Origin: Myxococcales bacterium
Lineage (GTDB): Bacteria > Myxococcota_A > Polyangia > Polyangiales > JADJMO01
Length of the DNA stretch: 64,000 nt
Assembly (NCBI GenBank): GCA_016794445.1
Contig: JAEUKC010000023.1
Span: forward strand, 1 to 64,000
Direction: 5' to 3'
In this document: piece by piece, positions 15,207-24,083 of the stretch
How the letters are laid out: each line of letters starts with the position of its first letter
Position numbering within the stretch: position 1 is the stretch's first letter
Program-made: the position numbers and the translations under genes
Notes under the pieces: model-generated
The model's input: the letters and a program-made list of their open reading frames with translations, nothing else
Told to the model about the DNA's origin: nothing
Database searches by the model: none

Positions 15207-16946
15207 TCAAGGCGGACGTGGGCGAAACGTCCAGTGATCGACGAGCGCAGGCTTGGACCCGGGCGCGAGCGGATCGAGGAGACCGATGACCCAGCCGTCG
15301 ACCGCGCTGCCGTCGCGCCGTACGCGGATGCGCACGAAGTGGCGGTAGCCCGGCACGCCGAGCGAGGTGAACGCCTGGCTGCCCTCGAGGCCGAGCCAGG
15401 TGAGCGCGGCGAGGAAGCCGCCGAACACGAACGAGCCCGAGAAGGCGGCGACGAGCAGGGTGAGCGCCGCCTCCAGCGGCGGGGTGGCGTGCAGGCGCGG
15501 GAACGCCCGGAGCGCGAGGCTCGCGGCGAGCGGCGGCAACACGGCCATCGAGACCCCCGCGAGGAGCGCGAGCCATAGGACCGCGCGTCGCTGCGGAGGC
15601 GCGGCCTGGCGGACGCCGCCGATCAACGCACACACGATGGCGCCCACGACGCCGGCGGCGATCGAGCCACCGTAGATGCCACGCGAGGTACCGAAGACGC
15701 CGAGGCCCACGCCGAGAGCGGGGCCGAAGAGCAGCACGAAGACGAGGTGGGGCAGGAAACCCGCCTTGCCGATCGCCACGTGCAGCGGCACGCCGAGCAG
15801 CATCTTCTGGGTGGCGGGCACGCCCGGCCACTGCTTGTCGGGCTGTGGGGCGCCCTCGGGCGCCGACAGCGAAGCGTGCATGAACGCGCCGCCGCCTCCG
15901 GCCACCACGTGCAGGCTCGCGCCGACGGTGCGGCGCTCGTAGTGGTGGATGTCCCCCGCGAGGACGAGGTGCGGCGTGGTCTCGAGGTCGAGATCGAGCG
16001 ACTCGGCCATGTCGACGCCGGTGGGGCTCGGGCGCAGGAACGAGTAGACGGGATCGGGCAACATCACGAAGCGACGCGCGTCGGGGGCGGCGTGCCGCCG
16101 GTCGGCGAAGAAGCTCTGCTGGCGGTAGTCGATGGTGCGCAGCTGGCGGTCGACGGCGAACAGATCGAGGCCGGGCGCGAGGGGCAGCGCGAAGTAGCTC
16201 GCCCGCTGCACGGGCTCGTAGCCGTCGATCACGAGCACCCGTTGCTTCTTGACCTGCCGACCGCGCACGAACTTCTGCACCCACTCGACGACGTGCAGGA
16301 GCTGGGTCTCGCGCCCGGGGGTGACCTGCGGCGTGAGCTGCTCGGGGGCGAGCTCGCCGAGGCGCCGGCGGAACAGGCGGCCGAAGCCGTCGAGCCCGTC
16401 GTACCAGTCGTGGTTGCCGGGGATGCCGAGCAGCACCCGGCGCTTGCGGTCGGCGACGTCGCCGAGCACGCGGTTGAACGGCGCCACCACACGGTCGGTG
16501 ATCTCGCGCGCGGTGGCCACGGGGTACGCGGTGTCGCCGCCGAAGACGAGGAGATCTCCGCGCGGCGTGACGAGCGTGCCCTCGCCCTCTCGGACCTCGT
16601 GCTCGGCGAAGACGATCCTCGCCATCGCCGTGCTGACCTCGGGGTCGTCGCCGGTGTCCGCGAGGAAGTCGATCCACAGGTCGCGGTCGAGGGCCTCGGT
16701 GAGCGTCGGCGCGTCCTTCGACCTGGCGCGGAGGATCTCGCCGACCGCCGCCAGCAGCTCCTCCGGATCGTTGGGGCGCATCCAGTCGCGCGAGTCGATG
16801 TCCTCGGTCGCGATGGCGCTCGCGAGGAAATGCTGCATGTGACCCCAGAACGAGTTGATCCCGAACCAGACCACGCCCCGCGGCTTGGATTTTCCGCGGT
16901 GGAAGCGCCGGGGCGGCTCGGAGCTCGCCTGCGGGAGCGGGGGCAC
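15207..16946 (-). CDS. metallophosphoesterase with multi-TM C-terminal domain
   Basis: Calcineurin-like motifs are present: GDTAYP, GNHDWYDG, GDIHHYER. The C-terminal ~200 aa contains about 5 hydrophobic helices. Confidence 0.85.
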   Translation of the reverse strand: MPPLPQASSEPPRRFHRGKSKPRGVVWFGINSFWGHMQHFLASAIATEDIDSRDWMRPNDPEELLAAVGEILRARSKDAPTLTEALDRDLWIDFLADTGDDPEVSTAMARIVFAEHEVREGEGTLVTPRGDLLVFGGDTAYPVATAREITDRVVAPFNRVLGDVADRKRRVLLGIPGNHDWYDGLDGFGRLFRRRLGELAPEQLTPQVTPGRETQLLHVVEWVQKFVRGRQVKKQRVLVIDGYEPVQRASYFALPLAPGLDLFAVDRQLRTIDYRQQSFFADRRHAAPDARRFVMLPDPVYSFLRPSPTGVDMAESLDLDLETTPHLVLAGDIHHYERRTVGASLHVVAGGGGAFMHASLSAPEGAPQPDKQWPGVPATQKMLLGVPLHVAIGKAGFLPHLVFVLLFGPALGVGLGVFGTSRGIYGGSIAAGVVGAIVCALIGGVRQAAPPQRRAVLWLALLAGVSMAVLPPLAASLALRAFPRLHATPPLEAALTLLVAAFSGSFVFGGFLAALTWLGLEGSQAFTSLGVPGYRHFVRIRVRRDGSAVDGWVIGLLDPLAPGSKPALVDHWTFRPRPP

Positions 16947-17119
16947 GACCGCATCCTAGCAGGGGATGAACTATCGGTAGCCCGTGGCGGCGGCCCCGAG
17001 GGCGCGAGAGCGGGCGGAATCGGCGGAAGAACGGCGGAGATCCGGCGGTGCCTGGCGGGCGCATGGCCTTTTCGGTCGGCGGAGCTCCGTCGCACCCTCC
17101 GGCCAGGAGGGAACCACCC

Positions 17120-17918
17120 ATGATTCGTTTCCGTCGTCTCGCCTTCGTCGGTCTCGTCGCTGCGACCGGTCCGTTCGCCATGGTCGCCTGCAGCAGCAGC
17201 GACAGCCCGAGCACCCCCCCCCACCGACGCGGGCAAGACGGACTCGGGGAGCAAGACGCCCTCGACCAAGACCTCGAGCGCCCCGACCGGCAAGGCGACG
17301 ACGAAGCCGCCGGCCAAGCCCACCGCGTCGGCCACCGCGCCCAAGTCCGAGCCGCCGGCCACGCCGCCGAAGTCGCCGGACCTCGCCAGCGGTGACCTGC
17401 TCACCGAGAGCGGCTTCGAGATCGACGCGTCGTGCGCCAAGGCGGGCCTCACGGACAACAAGGGCTACTGCCTCGACGGCGGCGACTACCTCATCGGTTG
17501 CGTGGGCGGCAAGCTGCTCGGCATCGACTGCGGTGCGCTCAACAGCGGGTCGCAGGCCGTCTCGTGCGAGGACGATCCGAAGGCCGGCTGCTACGCGATC
17601 GACCTCTCCCCCGTCGTCTCGGACGTCACCGACGACGCCGCCGGATACGGCGCCGCGATCGACCAGGCGTGCCTCTCGTCGCAGGAGGGCAAGGGATTCT
17701 GCCTCGATACCTACGCGGTCGTCTGCAGCCCGTCGCCCCGCCCCCGTCGCGCGTGGCGACGAGGTTCGACGAGACGACCTTCGCCGAGGCGGTCCGCGAG
17801 GCCCTGCGTGCGATGCGCGATCGGCGACGCCTCAAGCAGAGCCCCCTGCTGCAGGCCCGGTTCGTCGCCGACGGGGAATCGGAGTCGGGCCGCATCGACC
17901 GGCTCCACGCCTTGCTGA
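17120..17918 (+). pseudogene. Cys-rich lipoprotein gene interrupted by a +1 frame change at a C9 tract
   Basis: The lipoprotein signal MIRFRRLAFVGLVAATGPFAMVAC/SSSDSPSTPP is in frame 2 (inside ORF 17048..17395). After C9 (17214-17222), high-GC3 coding continues only in frame 0. That frame reads PTDAGKTDSGSKTPS...CAKAGLTDNKGYCLDGGDYLIGCVGGKLLGIDCG...GFCLDTYAVVCSPS and is listed from its first start codon as ORF 17502..17918. Frame 0 has no ATG, GTG or TTG between its upstream stop (17121) and 17502. Removing one C restores a single ORF. Confidence 0.5.
17214..17222. repeat. C9 homopolymer at the frame-change point
   Basis: Counted directly: ...agcaCCCCCCCCCaccgac... Confidence 0.95.
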
Positions 17919-18121
17919 CCGGCGAGATCGCCGCGCTGCGTGGCGTCTCCCGCGGCGACCGCACGTTCCTCGCGGCACAGGCGGTCTTCCTCGATGGGAC
18001 GCTGTCACAGGAGGGCGCGGCCGCGCGCCTCGGCATGGCCGACAGCACGCTGCGTCGCCACTTGAACGAGGCGGCACAGCGCATCCACAGCGTCCTGTGG
18101 GAGCGAGAGCGCCTGTCGTGA
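17753..18121 (+). CDS. small sigma-70 region-4/LuxR-like HTH protein
   Basis: This is the 3' part of ORF 17432..18121. FDETTFAEAVREALRAMRDRRRLKQSPLL...LSQEGAAARLGMADSTLRRHLNEAAQRIHSVLWERE resembles the HTH module common in actinobacterial and myxobacterial regulators. GC3 in this frame is good only from about 17725. The GTG 17753 start is a guess (alternative ATG 17811). Confidence 0.6.
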   Translation: MATRFDETTFAEAVREALRAMRDRRRLKQSPLLQARFVADGESESGRIDRLHALLTGEIAALRGVSRGDRTFLAAQAVFLDGTLSQEGAAARLGMADSTLRRHLNEAAQRIHSVLWERERLS

Positions 18122-18222
18122 CCCGGCGCGGTGAGGTGGCCCGCAGCTCGCCCGCGGGGCGGGGGCAGCGGCGCACCCTGCCTGGGGTTTGCGCAGCCCC
18201 GCGGTCGTGAAACGCTGACCGC

Positions 18223-19122
18223 ATGGGCAAGGACCTCGAGCCGCGGCGACGCACCCACGACCCGGGCGAGGTGATCGTGGTGGCGGGCGAGCTCATGGAG
18301 GCCGACCGGACGCGGGCCGAGCAGGCCGACCTCCACGCCATCGGCCACGAGCTCGGCGTCCCGGCTCCGTACGTCGACCGCGCCGTCGTGGAGCTCGATC
18401 GCCGGCGAAAGCGGCGGAGCGTCGCCGTCGTCATCGCGACGCTCGTCGCCCTCGGCACCGTCTTCGTCCTCACCCGACGCCTCTTGCGCCCCCCACCCCC
18501 TGTCGCCGCGGTCTCGCCCGAGAAGTCCCCGCGAGGGCTCCGCGTCGGGCTCGATCTCCGCCACGGGGTCGGCGCCGCGACGAGCTGGAACGAGCTCGCG
18601 GCGCGAGGAGCCGCGGTCACGCTCGTCGAGCAGTCCATCGGTGACGGCGCCCTCGCAGACCTGGATGTCCTCGTCGTGCTGGAGGCCCGCAAGAACTGGG
18701 ACCCGAGCGAGCTCGACGCCGTCGTGCGCTTCGTGCGTTCTGGGCACGGCCTCGTCATCGCGGATCTCGGCTGGTCCTGGGTCACCTACGACAAACGACC
18801 GCTCCAAGAACTCCCGGCGAACGTACTCGGGAGCCAGCTGGGCTTCGGCTTCACGAACGACGTCCTCGGGGTGCCCACGGCGATCGACCCGAACGTGCTC
18901 GGCGGTCTCCGCGCCCTCACCCGCGCAACCCCTTGGGTGCCGTGCGGCGTCACCGTCGCGCCCGAGCGAGGCCGCCTGCTCGTGCGCGACGCGCACCTCC
19001 GACCGATGATCGGCGTCGTCGACGCGGCCAAGGGACGCACCGTCGCGATCGGGCACGCGGGCCTCGTCGTGGACAACCCAGCGCTGCTCTCGTTCGCGGT
19101 CGCGCTCGCCGCCGGTCGCTGA
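18223..19122 (+). CDS. membrane-anchored hypothetical protein
   Basis: It has a cytoplasmic N-terminus, one TM helix (VAVVIATLVALGTVFVL), and a ~200-aa C-terminal domain (LDVLVVLEARKNWDPSELDAVVRFVRSGHGLVIADLGW). That domain is reminiscent of class-I glutamine-amidotransferase-like/DUF4350-type folds. The assignment is tentative. Confidence 0.6.
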   Translation: MGKDLEPRRRTHDPGEVIVVAGELMEADRTRAEQADLHAIGHELGVPAPYVDRAVVELDRRRKRRSVAVVIATLVALGTVFVLTRRLLRPPPPVAAVSPEKSPRGLRVGLDLRHGVGAATSWNELAARGAAVTLVEQSIGDGALADLDVLVVLEARKNWDPSELDAVVRFVRSGHGLVIADLGWSWVTYDKRPLQELPANVLGSQLGFGFTNDVLGVPTAIDPNVLGGLRALTRATPWVPCGVTVAPERGRLLVRDAHLRPMIGVVDAAKGRTVAIGHAGLVVDNPALLSFAVALAAGR

Positions 19123-19127
19123 CGGAA

Positions 19128-19916
19128 CTACATCGCGTACGACGTGCAGGTCACGCCGCTGCAGCGCACGCCGAACTTGCCGCTCTTCGAGGTCGCCCCT
19201 CCGTCGTCCTTGGTCGGGGCCGCGACGCAATCGCACTCGGGGCAGGTGGGCCGCCACGCCTTCTCTGCGCCGTCGGCGCGGGATTTCTCGGTCGCGGCGA
19301 TGCCCAGCACCTGGCGGGTGCCGCAGCAGTCGACCTGGTGCTCGACCGTCGCGCAGTCCGCGTCGACCTTGCACGTGCGGGAGAAGTCGGGCCAGGTCCG
19401 CGCGTCCGAGCAGCTCAGGGTCGCGCCCGGACACTTGACGACGGACCGACACGTCTCGTCGCTCTGCCTGCGGCACGAGATCTCGATGGCGCCGCCACCG
19501 GGACACGTCGGCTCGGGGGGCGGCGCCCCACACTCGCCCTCGGCGCACTTGCGCGGGCAGTTGCGGAACTCCCAGCTGCAGGTGCCGCTCGTGGCGTCAC
19601 GGAGGCAGCGGCCGGTGTTGCCGCCGAGCGTGCCGTCCTCGCACGTCCACGCCGGCGTCCGGGTGGGGGGCCCGCACTCGGTGGGTGTGCAGTCCCCGAC
19701 CGGCTTGTCGGGACACCCCTTGTAGATGGCGCCGCACGCGCCGGACACGAGGCCGCAGCGGTAGGGCGAGCTGCCGTCCCAGCACGCGATCTCGGGCATC
19801 GCGCAGGTGGTGCAAGGGTCGCCCTCGCCGCTGGTGACCGAGCCCCCACACCCGGCGAAGGGCGTGACGAGGAGGGCGAGGTAGAGACCGGCCGTGACCA
19901 GGCGGGGGACGCGCAT
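19128..19916 (-). CDS. cysteine-rich lipoprotein
   Basis: Part of ORF 19128..19985. Start set at ATG 19916, which gives MRVPRLVTAGLYLALLVTPFAGC/GG. The mature part contains about 40 Cys. Confidence 0.8.
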   Translation of the reverse strand: MRVPRLVTAGLYLALLVTPFAGCGGSVTSGEGDPCTTCAMPEIACWDGSSPYRCGLVSGACGAIYKGCPDKPVGDCTPTECGPPTRTPAWTCEDGTLGGNTGRCLRDATSGTCSWEFRNCPRKCAEGECGAPPPEPTCPGGGAIEISCRRQSDETCRSVVKCPGATLSCSDARTWPDFSRTCKVDADCATVEHQVDCCGTRQVLGIAATEKSRADGAEKAWRPTCPECDCVAAPTKDDGGATSKSGKFGVRCSGVTCTSYAM

Positions 19917-19928
19917 GCCCAGGATCGA

Positions 19929-19944
19929 AGCAAACCGCTGACCA
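19929..19944 (-). promoter_or_regulatory. sigma54-type -24/-12 motif (TGGTCAGCGGTTTGCT)
   Basis: The reverse strand reads TGGTCAG-CGGT-TTGCT, with correct GG-N10-GC spacing and a perfect TTGCT -12 element. The predicted TSS (~19918) is only ~2 nt before ATG 19916, so the transcript would be leaderless. Confidence 0.3.
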
Positions 19945-20022
19945 CCTGAAAAGCCTGGAATTCCTGCCCCCATGGTGTGGCGCACGACACACCCTGGCGC
20001 AGATCCCGCTAGAGTCGCCCGG

Positions 20023-21273
20023 GTGATCGCGGTCGACGACCTCCTCTCGAAGCTGCCGGCTCCTTCGCTCCCGAAGCCTCTGGGCCGGGCCCCGCTGCAC
20101 GTCGTCTACGGCGGGGCGCACCTGTTCCGGAAGGACCTCGCGCAGCGGCTCGGCGCCCGGGCCCGCGAGGTGCTCGACACCTACGTGGAGGACGGTCGCG
20201 CCCTCGCCGCGCTCGGCGTCGACGCAGCCTCGGCGGACGACGTGCGAGCCCGCGTCGCCGACAAGCTCGCGAAGGAGCCGGTCGAGGATCTGCGCATCGA
20301 CTTCGAGGACGGGTTCGGGGTCCGCGCCGACGACGAAGAGGACCACCACGCGCGGGGCGCTGGCGCCGCGCTCCGCGCTTCGTTCGCCGAGGGGCTCGCG
20401 CCGCCGTTCGTCGGGCTGCGGGTCAAGGCCATGGACCGCCTGCCCCGCGCCGCGCGCACGCTGTCGCTGTTCCTCGAGGCGCTCGGCCCTCTGCCGCCGG
20501 GTCGCTCGCTGCTGGTCACGCTGCCGAAGGTCGGGGACGCGGCGAGCGTCGCGGTGTTCGCCGAGCTCCTGTCCCGCGCCGAGCGTGCGTTCGGTCTCCC
20601 GGACCGCTCGCTCGCGGCGGAGATCATGGTCGAGCACCCGGGCGCGCTGATCAACGAGGGCCGACTCGTGCTCGCCGATCTCGTGCGGGCGCTCGAGGGC
20701 CGCTGCGTCGCCGCCCACTTCGGCAGCTACGACTGGTCGTCGAGCCTCGGGATCGCCGCGCTCGACCAGCACGTGCACCACCCCGCGTGCGACGTCGGCA
20801 AGCTGCTCGCGCTCGTGTCGCTGTCAGGCAGCGGCGTGCGGCTCGCGGACGGCGCGACCACCACGCTGCCGATCGCGCCCCACAAGGCCCCGACCGGCGA
20901 GGCCGAGCGCGCGGAGAACCGCCGCGTGGTGCGGGGCGCGCTGGCGCGTCACTGCGCCGACGTCCGGCGCTCGCTCTCCCTCGGCCTCTACCAGGGCTGG
21001 GACCTGCACCCGGCGCAGCTGGTGTCGCGCTACGCGGCGGTGTTCGCGTTCTACCGGGAGGCCTTGCCCACGGCGAGCGCGCGGCTCGCGGCGTTCGTCA
21101 TGGGGGCTGCGCAGGCCTCGCGGGTCGGCACCGCGTTCGACGACGCAGCGACGGCGCGCGGCCTCGTCGGGTTCTTCGCGCGGGGCCTCGCGAGCGGCGC
21201 GCTCGACGCGGGCGACGTCGCGGCGACGGGACTCGCCGTCGAGCAGATCGAGCAGCCCACGCTCTTCGGTTGA
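20023..21273 (+). CDS. HpcH/HpaI aldolase / citrate-lyase-beta-like family protein (DUF6986-like)
   Basis: Part of ORF 19972..21273. Motifs VVYGGAHLF and DLRIDFEDGFG are typical of the CitE/malate-synthase-like fold. GTG 20023 is preferred because the first 17 codons have poor GC3. Confidence 0.65.
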   Translation: MIAVDDLLSKLPAPSLPKPLGRAPLHVVYGGAHLFRKDLAQRLGARAREVLDTYVEDGRALAALGVDAASADDVRARVADKLAKEPVEDLRIDFEDGFGVRADDEEDHHARGAGAALRASFAEGLAPPFVGLRVKAMDRLPRAARTLSLFLEALGPLPPGRSLLVTLPKVGDAASVAVFAELLSRAERAFGLPDRSLAAEIMVEHPGALINEGRLVLADLVRALEGRCVAAHFGSYDWSSSLGIAALDQHVHHPACDVGKLLALVSLSGSGVRLADGATTTLPIAPHKAPTGEAERAENRRVVRGALARHCADVRRSLSLGLYQGWDLHPAQLVSRYAAVFAFYREALPTASARLAAFVMGAAQASRVGTAFDDAATARGLVGFFARGLASGALDAGDVAATGLAVEQIEQPTLFG

Positions 21274-21315
21274 TCCCCACGCTCTTCGGTTGATCCCCAC
21301 GTTGTTCGGGTGGTC
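21256..21315. repeat. 20-bp tandem repeat x3 (third copy degenerate) at a convergent gene junction
   Basis: CCCACGCTCTTCGGTTGATC occurs at 21256-21275 and 21276-21295. CCCACGTTGTTCGGGTGGTC (16/20 identical) is at 21296-21315. Copy 1 encodes the last codons and stop (PTLFG*) of the plus-strand gene. Copy 3 contains the stop of the minus-strand GGDEF gene. Confidence 0.9.
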
Positions 21316-22303
21316 AGGGCCCGACGACGCGGTTCCGGCCGCTGCCCTTGGCGGCGTAGAGGCGCTTGTCGGCGAGCGCGAGCAGCGCGTCGCCCTCGGG
21401 CTTCGGCAGCTCGTCGAGCGCCGCGACGCCGAAGCTCGAGGTGACCGGGATCCGCCCGTTCTCCCAGGGGATCACGAGCTGCTCGATGCCGGCGCGCACC
21501 CGCTCGGCGAAGGCCACCGCGCCGTGCACGTCGATCGCCCGCGCGAGCACGACGAACTCCTCGCCGCCGATGCGCGCGAAGACGTCCTCGGCGCGGATGG
21601 TGGCGAGCATGCCCGCCGAGACCGCGCGCAGCACCGCGTCGCCACCCGCGTGGCCGTAGGTGTCGTTGACCTTCTTGAAGAAGTCGATGTCGAAGATGAC
21701 GAGCGAGAGCGGCGCCCCGTGGCGCGCGGCGAAGCCGATCTCCTGCTCGAGGCGCTCCTGGAAGTGCTTGCGGTTGTAGGCCTTGGTGAGCGGGTCCTTG
21801 ACGGCGCTCTCGTAGAGCTGCTGCTGCATGCCCGCCTCGAGGTCGTCCCAGAGGTTGAAGCGCAGGAGCACGCTCGGACCGAGCTGGATCCGGTCGCCGT
21901 CGCTCAGCGGCGCGCTCGTGATGCGCTTGTCGTTGACGCCGGTGCCGTTGGTGCTCTTCAGGTCCTCGATCGCGTAGATCGAGCCGAGCCGGAGGATGCG
22001 CGCGTGACGCCACGAGACGCCCTCGCTGTCGACGCGGCAGGTCGACTCGGGCGCGCGGCCGAGGACGATCTCGTCGCCCGAGAGCTTGACCACCACGCCG
22101 AGCTGCGGGCCCGCGATCATGGTCAGGTAGGGCGCCTTGACCGCCTCACCGGCCTGACCGAACGTGCTCGACGCCGCGACCGTCGCGCGGAACTTGTCGC
22201 GGGAGCTCGGCGGCACCTCGACCGGGCGCAGCTGGTCGGGCGAGACGCGAATGGTGGGAGGGGGCGCGTCGTCCGACGAGGGCGGTCGCGGCGTGTCGGG
22301 CAT
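21314..22303 (-). CDS. FHA domain-containing diguanylate cyclase (GGDEF)
   Basis: The FHA core is LGRAPESTCRVDSEGVSWRHARI...STNGTGVN. The GGDEF domain carries YNRKHF, DIDFFKKVNDTYGHAGGD and the active site RIGGEEF. Confidence 0.9.
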   Translation of the reverse strand: MPDTPRPPSSDDAPPPTIRVSPDQLRPVEVPPSSRDKFRATVAASSTFGQAGEAVKAPYLTMIAGPQLGVVVKLSGDEIVLGRAPESTCRVDSEGVSWRHARILRLGSIYAIEDLKSTNGTGVNDKRITSAPLSDGDRIQLGPSVLLRFNLWDDLEAGMQQQLYESAVKDPLTKAYNRKHFQERLEQEIGFAARHGAPLSLVIFDIDFFKKVNDTYGHAGGDAVLRAVSAGMLATIRAEDVFARIGGEEFVVLARAIDVHGAVAFAERVRAGIEQLVIPWENGRIPVTSSFGVAALDELPKPEGDALLALADKRLYAAKGSGRNRVVGP

Positions 22304-22345
22304 GTGGCCGAAGAATCGCCGATCTGCGCGGGCGTTTCCAGCCCG

Positions 22346-23512
22346 TCAGAACATGTCTCCCATGCAAGGGTTGCCCGGCGGGAACAGGCGATCGGCGGCG
22401 TCGAGCGTGTTCGCCGTGCCGTCCACCCGATCGAGCTGGGCGAGCGCGTGTACGGAGAGGTAGCCAGAATAGAGCGCCGCGAGCGCGCGGACGTCGAGCC
22501 GGAGCGCGCCGCTCCCACCCCTGGCCACCTTGGCGCGCCCGCCCTCCACGACCACGCGCCAGCGCCCCGCGTTGTCGGGCAAGACCTCGTCCTCGACGTC
22601 GAGCTCGAGCACGCCGTCCGGCACGCGAGGGAAGCCACGCTCCCCGAGCGCGGTGGGGAGGTCCACGATGCGGAGCATCCAGTGGTCGACCGCGACGAGC
22701 TCGTGCCTCCGGTCGGGGAGCGCCATCGTGAACACGTCGGGACTCGCTCCGTGCCAGGTGACGCGGTTGGCGAGCGAGCGGTGGTCGGAGAGCAGCTGCA
22801 GGAGGCGACGCACGGCGCGCCCGGTGGCCGCGACGAGGTCGAGCACCTGGATCTCCGTGTCGTGTCCGTGCTCCTGCTTGTTGGTGTAGACCACGTAGCC
22901 CTCGAGGCTGTGGGGGCCGCGGACGCCGAACGCGTGGTGCTGCCCCTTGCGCGGGCGGAAGATGCGGTCCCACAGGTAGGGGCCGCGGTCGAGGTAGCCA
23001 TCGCGACGCGCGGCGAACGTGGCGTGCAGGGCGAGCACCTCCGGGTCCTCCTGCAAGAGAGGCGTGACCGACAGGCCGCGCTCACCGGTGACGAGTCGCT
23101 CGGCCAGCACCGAGACGCGGTGGCGCGCGCCGGCGCGCTCGTAGCCGGCCCGCTGGTAGAGCGGGACCGTGGCTGGATACAAGGTGGAGAGCGGCACGCC
23201 CCGCGCGCGGGTCTCGCGGAGGAACGAGCGCATCATCTCGCCCGCCACGCCGGCGCCGCGCTCCTCGGCGGCGACGGCCACGCCGGCGACGCCGTTGGTG
23301 GCCACGCTGCGGCCGCCGAACCACTGCGCCATCGGCACGCGCAGCAAGCCGCCGAGCACGCGATCGCCATCGGAGAGCACGCGCAGGTTGGGGAACCCGG
23401 CGCGCTCGAACCAGGGCGCGATGTCCTCGAGGGCCGTACCGAACGCGAGCGCCACGATGGGCGCGAACGCGGCGCGCTCGCCGTCGTCGGGGACGACGAG
23501 CTCGCGCGTCAT
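22346..23512 (-). CDS. GNAT N-acetyltransferase, Eis-like (GNAT + SCP2-like C-terminus)
   Basis: This is the 3' part of ORF 22346..24223, starting MTRELVV at ATG 23512. It has the acetyl-CoA site [11 protein letters not shown]. The three-domain layout and length (388 aa) match Eis-type enzymes. Its start overlaps the ppa stop by 4 nt. Confidence 0.8.
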   Translation of the reverse strand: MTRELVVPDDGERAAFAPIVALAFGTALEDIAPWFERAGFPNLRVLSDGDRVLGGLLRVPMAQWFGGRSVATNGVAGVAVAAEERGAGVAGEMMRSFLRETRARGVPLSTLYPATVPLYQRAGYERAGARHRVSVLAERLVTGERGLSVTPLLQEDPEVLALHATFAARRDGYLDRGPYLWDRIFRPRKGQHHAFGVRGPHSLEGYVVYTNKQEHGHDTEIQVLDLVAATGRAVRRLLQLLSDHRSLANRVTWHGASPDVFTMALPDRRHELVAVDHWMLRIVDLPTALGERGFPRVPDGVLELDVEDEVLPDNAGRWRVVVEGGRAKVARGGSGALRLDVRALAALYSGYLSVHALAQLDRVDGTANTLDAADRLFPPGNPCMGDMF

Positions 23513-24072
23513 CCCAGCGCCTTCGCCGCCTTCAGCGGCCGCATCGAGGGGTGGCCCTCGTAGCCCTTGAGCGCCTCGCGGATGGCCTTGTTGGCCTCGA
23601 ACGGCCCCGAGAACTCCTCGACGACCACGCTCTTGCGCTCGAGGGTCTTGTAGTCCTCGAAGAAGCGCTTGAGCTCGTGCAGCGTGTGCTGGGGGAGCTC
23701 GCGGATGTGCGTGTAGTGCGCGTACGCCGGGTCGAGCAGGCTGATGGCGATGACCTTGTCGTCGAGGCCCTTCTCGTCGCGCATGCTCATCACGCCGACG
23801 GCGCGGGCGCGCATGATGCAGAGCGGGACCACCGGCTCCTGGCCGAGGACGAGCACGTCGAGCGGGTCGCCGTCGTCGCAGTAGCTGCGCGGGATGAAGC
23901 CGTAGTTGGCGGGGTAGTGCACCGCCGAGAAGAGGACGCGGTCGAGCATCAGGAGCCCGGTCTTCTTGTCGAGCTCGTACTTGTTCTTGCTCCCCTTCGG
24001 GATCTCGATCACCGCCGGGAAGCCCTCTTCGATGGGCTCGGCGACCTCGATGTCGTGCCACGGGTGGGTCAT
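23509..24072 (-). CDS. ppa: inorganic pyrophosphatase (family I)
   Basis: 187 aa, with [20 protein letters not shown] and [10 protein letters not shown] motifs. ATG is at 24072. Confidence 0.95.
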   Translation of the reverse strand: MTHPWHDIEVAEPIEEGFPAVIEIPKGSKNKYELDKKTGLLMLDRVLFSAVHYPANYGFIPRSYCDDGDPLDVLVLGQEPVVPLCIMRARAVGVMSMRDEKGLDDKVIAISLLDPAYAHYTHIRELPQHTLHELKRFFEDYKTLERKSVVVEEFSGPFEANKAIREALKGYEGHPSMRPLKAAKALG

Positions 24073-24083
24073 GGGGGAGCGTG

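Noticed and set aside
10690-19548. Other long Arg-rich ORFs, for example 10690..13455(-), 14791..17214(-), 16229..17461(-) and 17626..19548(-). ORFs 51093..53033(-) and 51425..53095(+) are of the same kind.
   Set aside because: The same high-GC artefact applies. Their composition is RRRPAR-like, they lack motifs, and they overlap genes with clear domain signatures and proper GC3 phasing.
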